A DNA stretch of 64,000 nt from Octopus vulgaris (lineage: Eukaryota), in assembly GCA_951406725.2 (NCBI GenBank), contig OX597823.1, forward strand, positions 24,614,001 through 24,678,000. Reading direction: 5' to 3'. Shown here in pieces: positions 62,655 to 64,000 of the stretch. The stretch's first letter is position 1. Every line of letters starts with the position of its first letter. A program made the position numbers and the translations under genes. The notes under the pieces were generated by a model. The model did not search any database. It saw only the letters and a list, made by a program, of their open reading frames with translations, and was not told the origin of the DNA.

Positions 62655-62894
62655 TTACTAAGATCTATTTTACGAGAGTAAAAGATGCAATTCTGGATGT
62701 ACCTGGAAAAACTTTGTTGAGAAAAAAAAATGTGACAACAGAAGTCTGTGCAGATAAATGTTTGTCTGACAAAACTTGTTTATCATTTGAAATAACTAAA
62801 GGAAGTGGAAAATGTTATTTATCAAGGGAGACTGCAGCTACCTCCAAGAAAATGAAAGCAGCCAAAGACAGGGATTACTACCAACGAGTAGATT
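62655..62894 (+). CDS. Exon PA5: PAN/Apple domain, type A
   Basis: Acceptor attctAG|TT, donor GATT|gtaatt; 240 nt, phase 1-1. Reads TKIYFTRVKDAILDVPGKTLLRKKNVTTEVCADKCLSDKTCLSFEITKGSGKCYLSR..RDYYQRVD. Confidence 0.9.
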
Positions 62895-63121
62895 GTAATT
62901 ATTCTTTGTATTTCTCTTTTTCTGGAATTTGTGATTGCATTTGTACTTCATAGCTTATAGAAACCCATTTCTGTAAAGACATTGACAGGTTTAACTACTA
63001 GGACAGACAAGCACATTACAGAAATAAGTAATTTTAGTAAATATAAATGCTGTAAGGGCCTTTTCACACTGCATTTGTTTATCTTGAACACTTTTCTGTG
63101 TCATGTTTTCAATTGCTTATT

Positions 63122-63170
<49 letters not shown>

Positions 63171-63210
63171 AAGAAAATACTTGTTACTTTTCTTAAACAT
63201 ATTATTATTA

Positions 63211-64000
63211 TTTTTTTTTTTCTTCTTTCAAATTTGCTTCCATTTCTTGCCGAGTGTCTTCCCGACCCCTAGGGCAAAGAAACTCATAGTATACATTGGT
63301 AGGCCATTAAACCAAACTAAATGGTTCGTTCATTTTTTTTTTTTAAAGTTAAATTAAAATACATGAGCAGCAACAGTTCTCACATCGACAATGCTCTTCT
63401 CAATATGTGTGATGTACCAGTTAAGACAATCTTTTGCACTTCTTGCAGGGATGGTAAGCCAGGGATCATTCTCATATAATTTTCGGTTCCCTTCTTGATC
63501 ATTCCTAGTGCTCCTACGATCACTGGTATTGTAACCGCCTTGAGATGCCACATTTTCTCAATTTCAATGAGTAGGTCTTTATATTTTCTGAGCTTGTCAA
63601 ACTCTTTTGCTGAGATATTATGATCACAGGGATGCTCATGTCGATCAATATGCAAACTTTATTGTTTTGGTCTTTCACAACAATATCTGGTTTATTGGCC
63701 TTGATGGTTCAGTCTGTATGTACTGGAAAGTCCCACAGAATGGTTACACTTTCTCCTTCAGTTACAGCCTCAGGGTGGTGATTATACCACTTGTCGGCAG
63801 TTTTGATATTGTAATGCCGACTTATTAGCCAGTGGAGATATTGGCCAACTCTGTCATGTCTTAATTTATACTCCACTGGTGCTAAGACTTTACATCCAGA
63901 GATTAGGTGGTCCACTGTTTCAATCATGTCGTTGCAGAATCGGCATTTTGGGTCTGCTCCATTTTTCATCACATTGGCCTGGTAGTTCCGGGTTAATAGG
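63211..64000 (-). mobile_element. R4/Dong-clade non-LTR retrotransposon 3' end (runs off the window)
   Basis: CCHC knuckle CRFC..ETVDHLISGC, RHD motif, NKPDIVV..DKLRKYKDL restriction-like endonuclease and QKIVLTGTSHILRR. The poly-A abuts a (TAA)n tract at 63200-63210. Confidence 0.92.

Overview
AT-rich, microsatellite- and transposon-dense animal genomic DNA; it is not prokaryotic. The SINE and RTE-tail repertoire resembles octopus or other cephalopod repeats, which is my inference and is not checked against a database. The whole window lies inside one large + strand gene whose start and stop are outside the window. I find 15 intact GT-AG exons, all phase 1-1 and each encoding exactly one domain, in the order Sushi-PAN(A)-PAN(B)-Sushi-Sushi-PAN(A)-PAN(B)-Sushi-PAN(A)-PAN(B)-Sushi-PAN(A)-PAN(B)-Sushi-PAN(A). 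Spliced together they give 3153 nt (1051 codons) with no stop, so the product is a long (CCP/Sushi-PAN-PAN)n extracellular protein. The gene appears to have grown by nested tandem duplication: a 3-exon monomer, an alternating odd/even dimer, and a ~59.7 kb four-module repeat, with many amino-acid replacements between copies. The introns carry RTE LINEs with an in-frame PHD-like finger, R4/Dong-type and CR1-type LINE pieces, Penelope-like elements with three degenerate hammerhead-ribozyme motifs, mariner, Tc1 and maT DNA transposons, SINEs and several fold-back hairpins. Most entries in the supplied ORF track are spurious or TE-derived, and the track shows no in-frame ORF for any Sushi exon or for one PAN exon.
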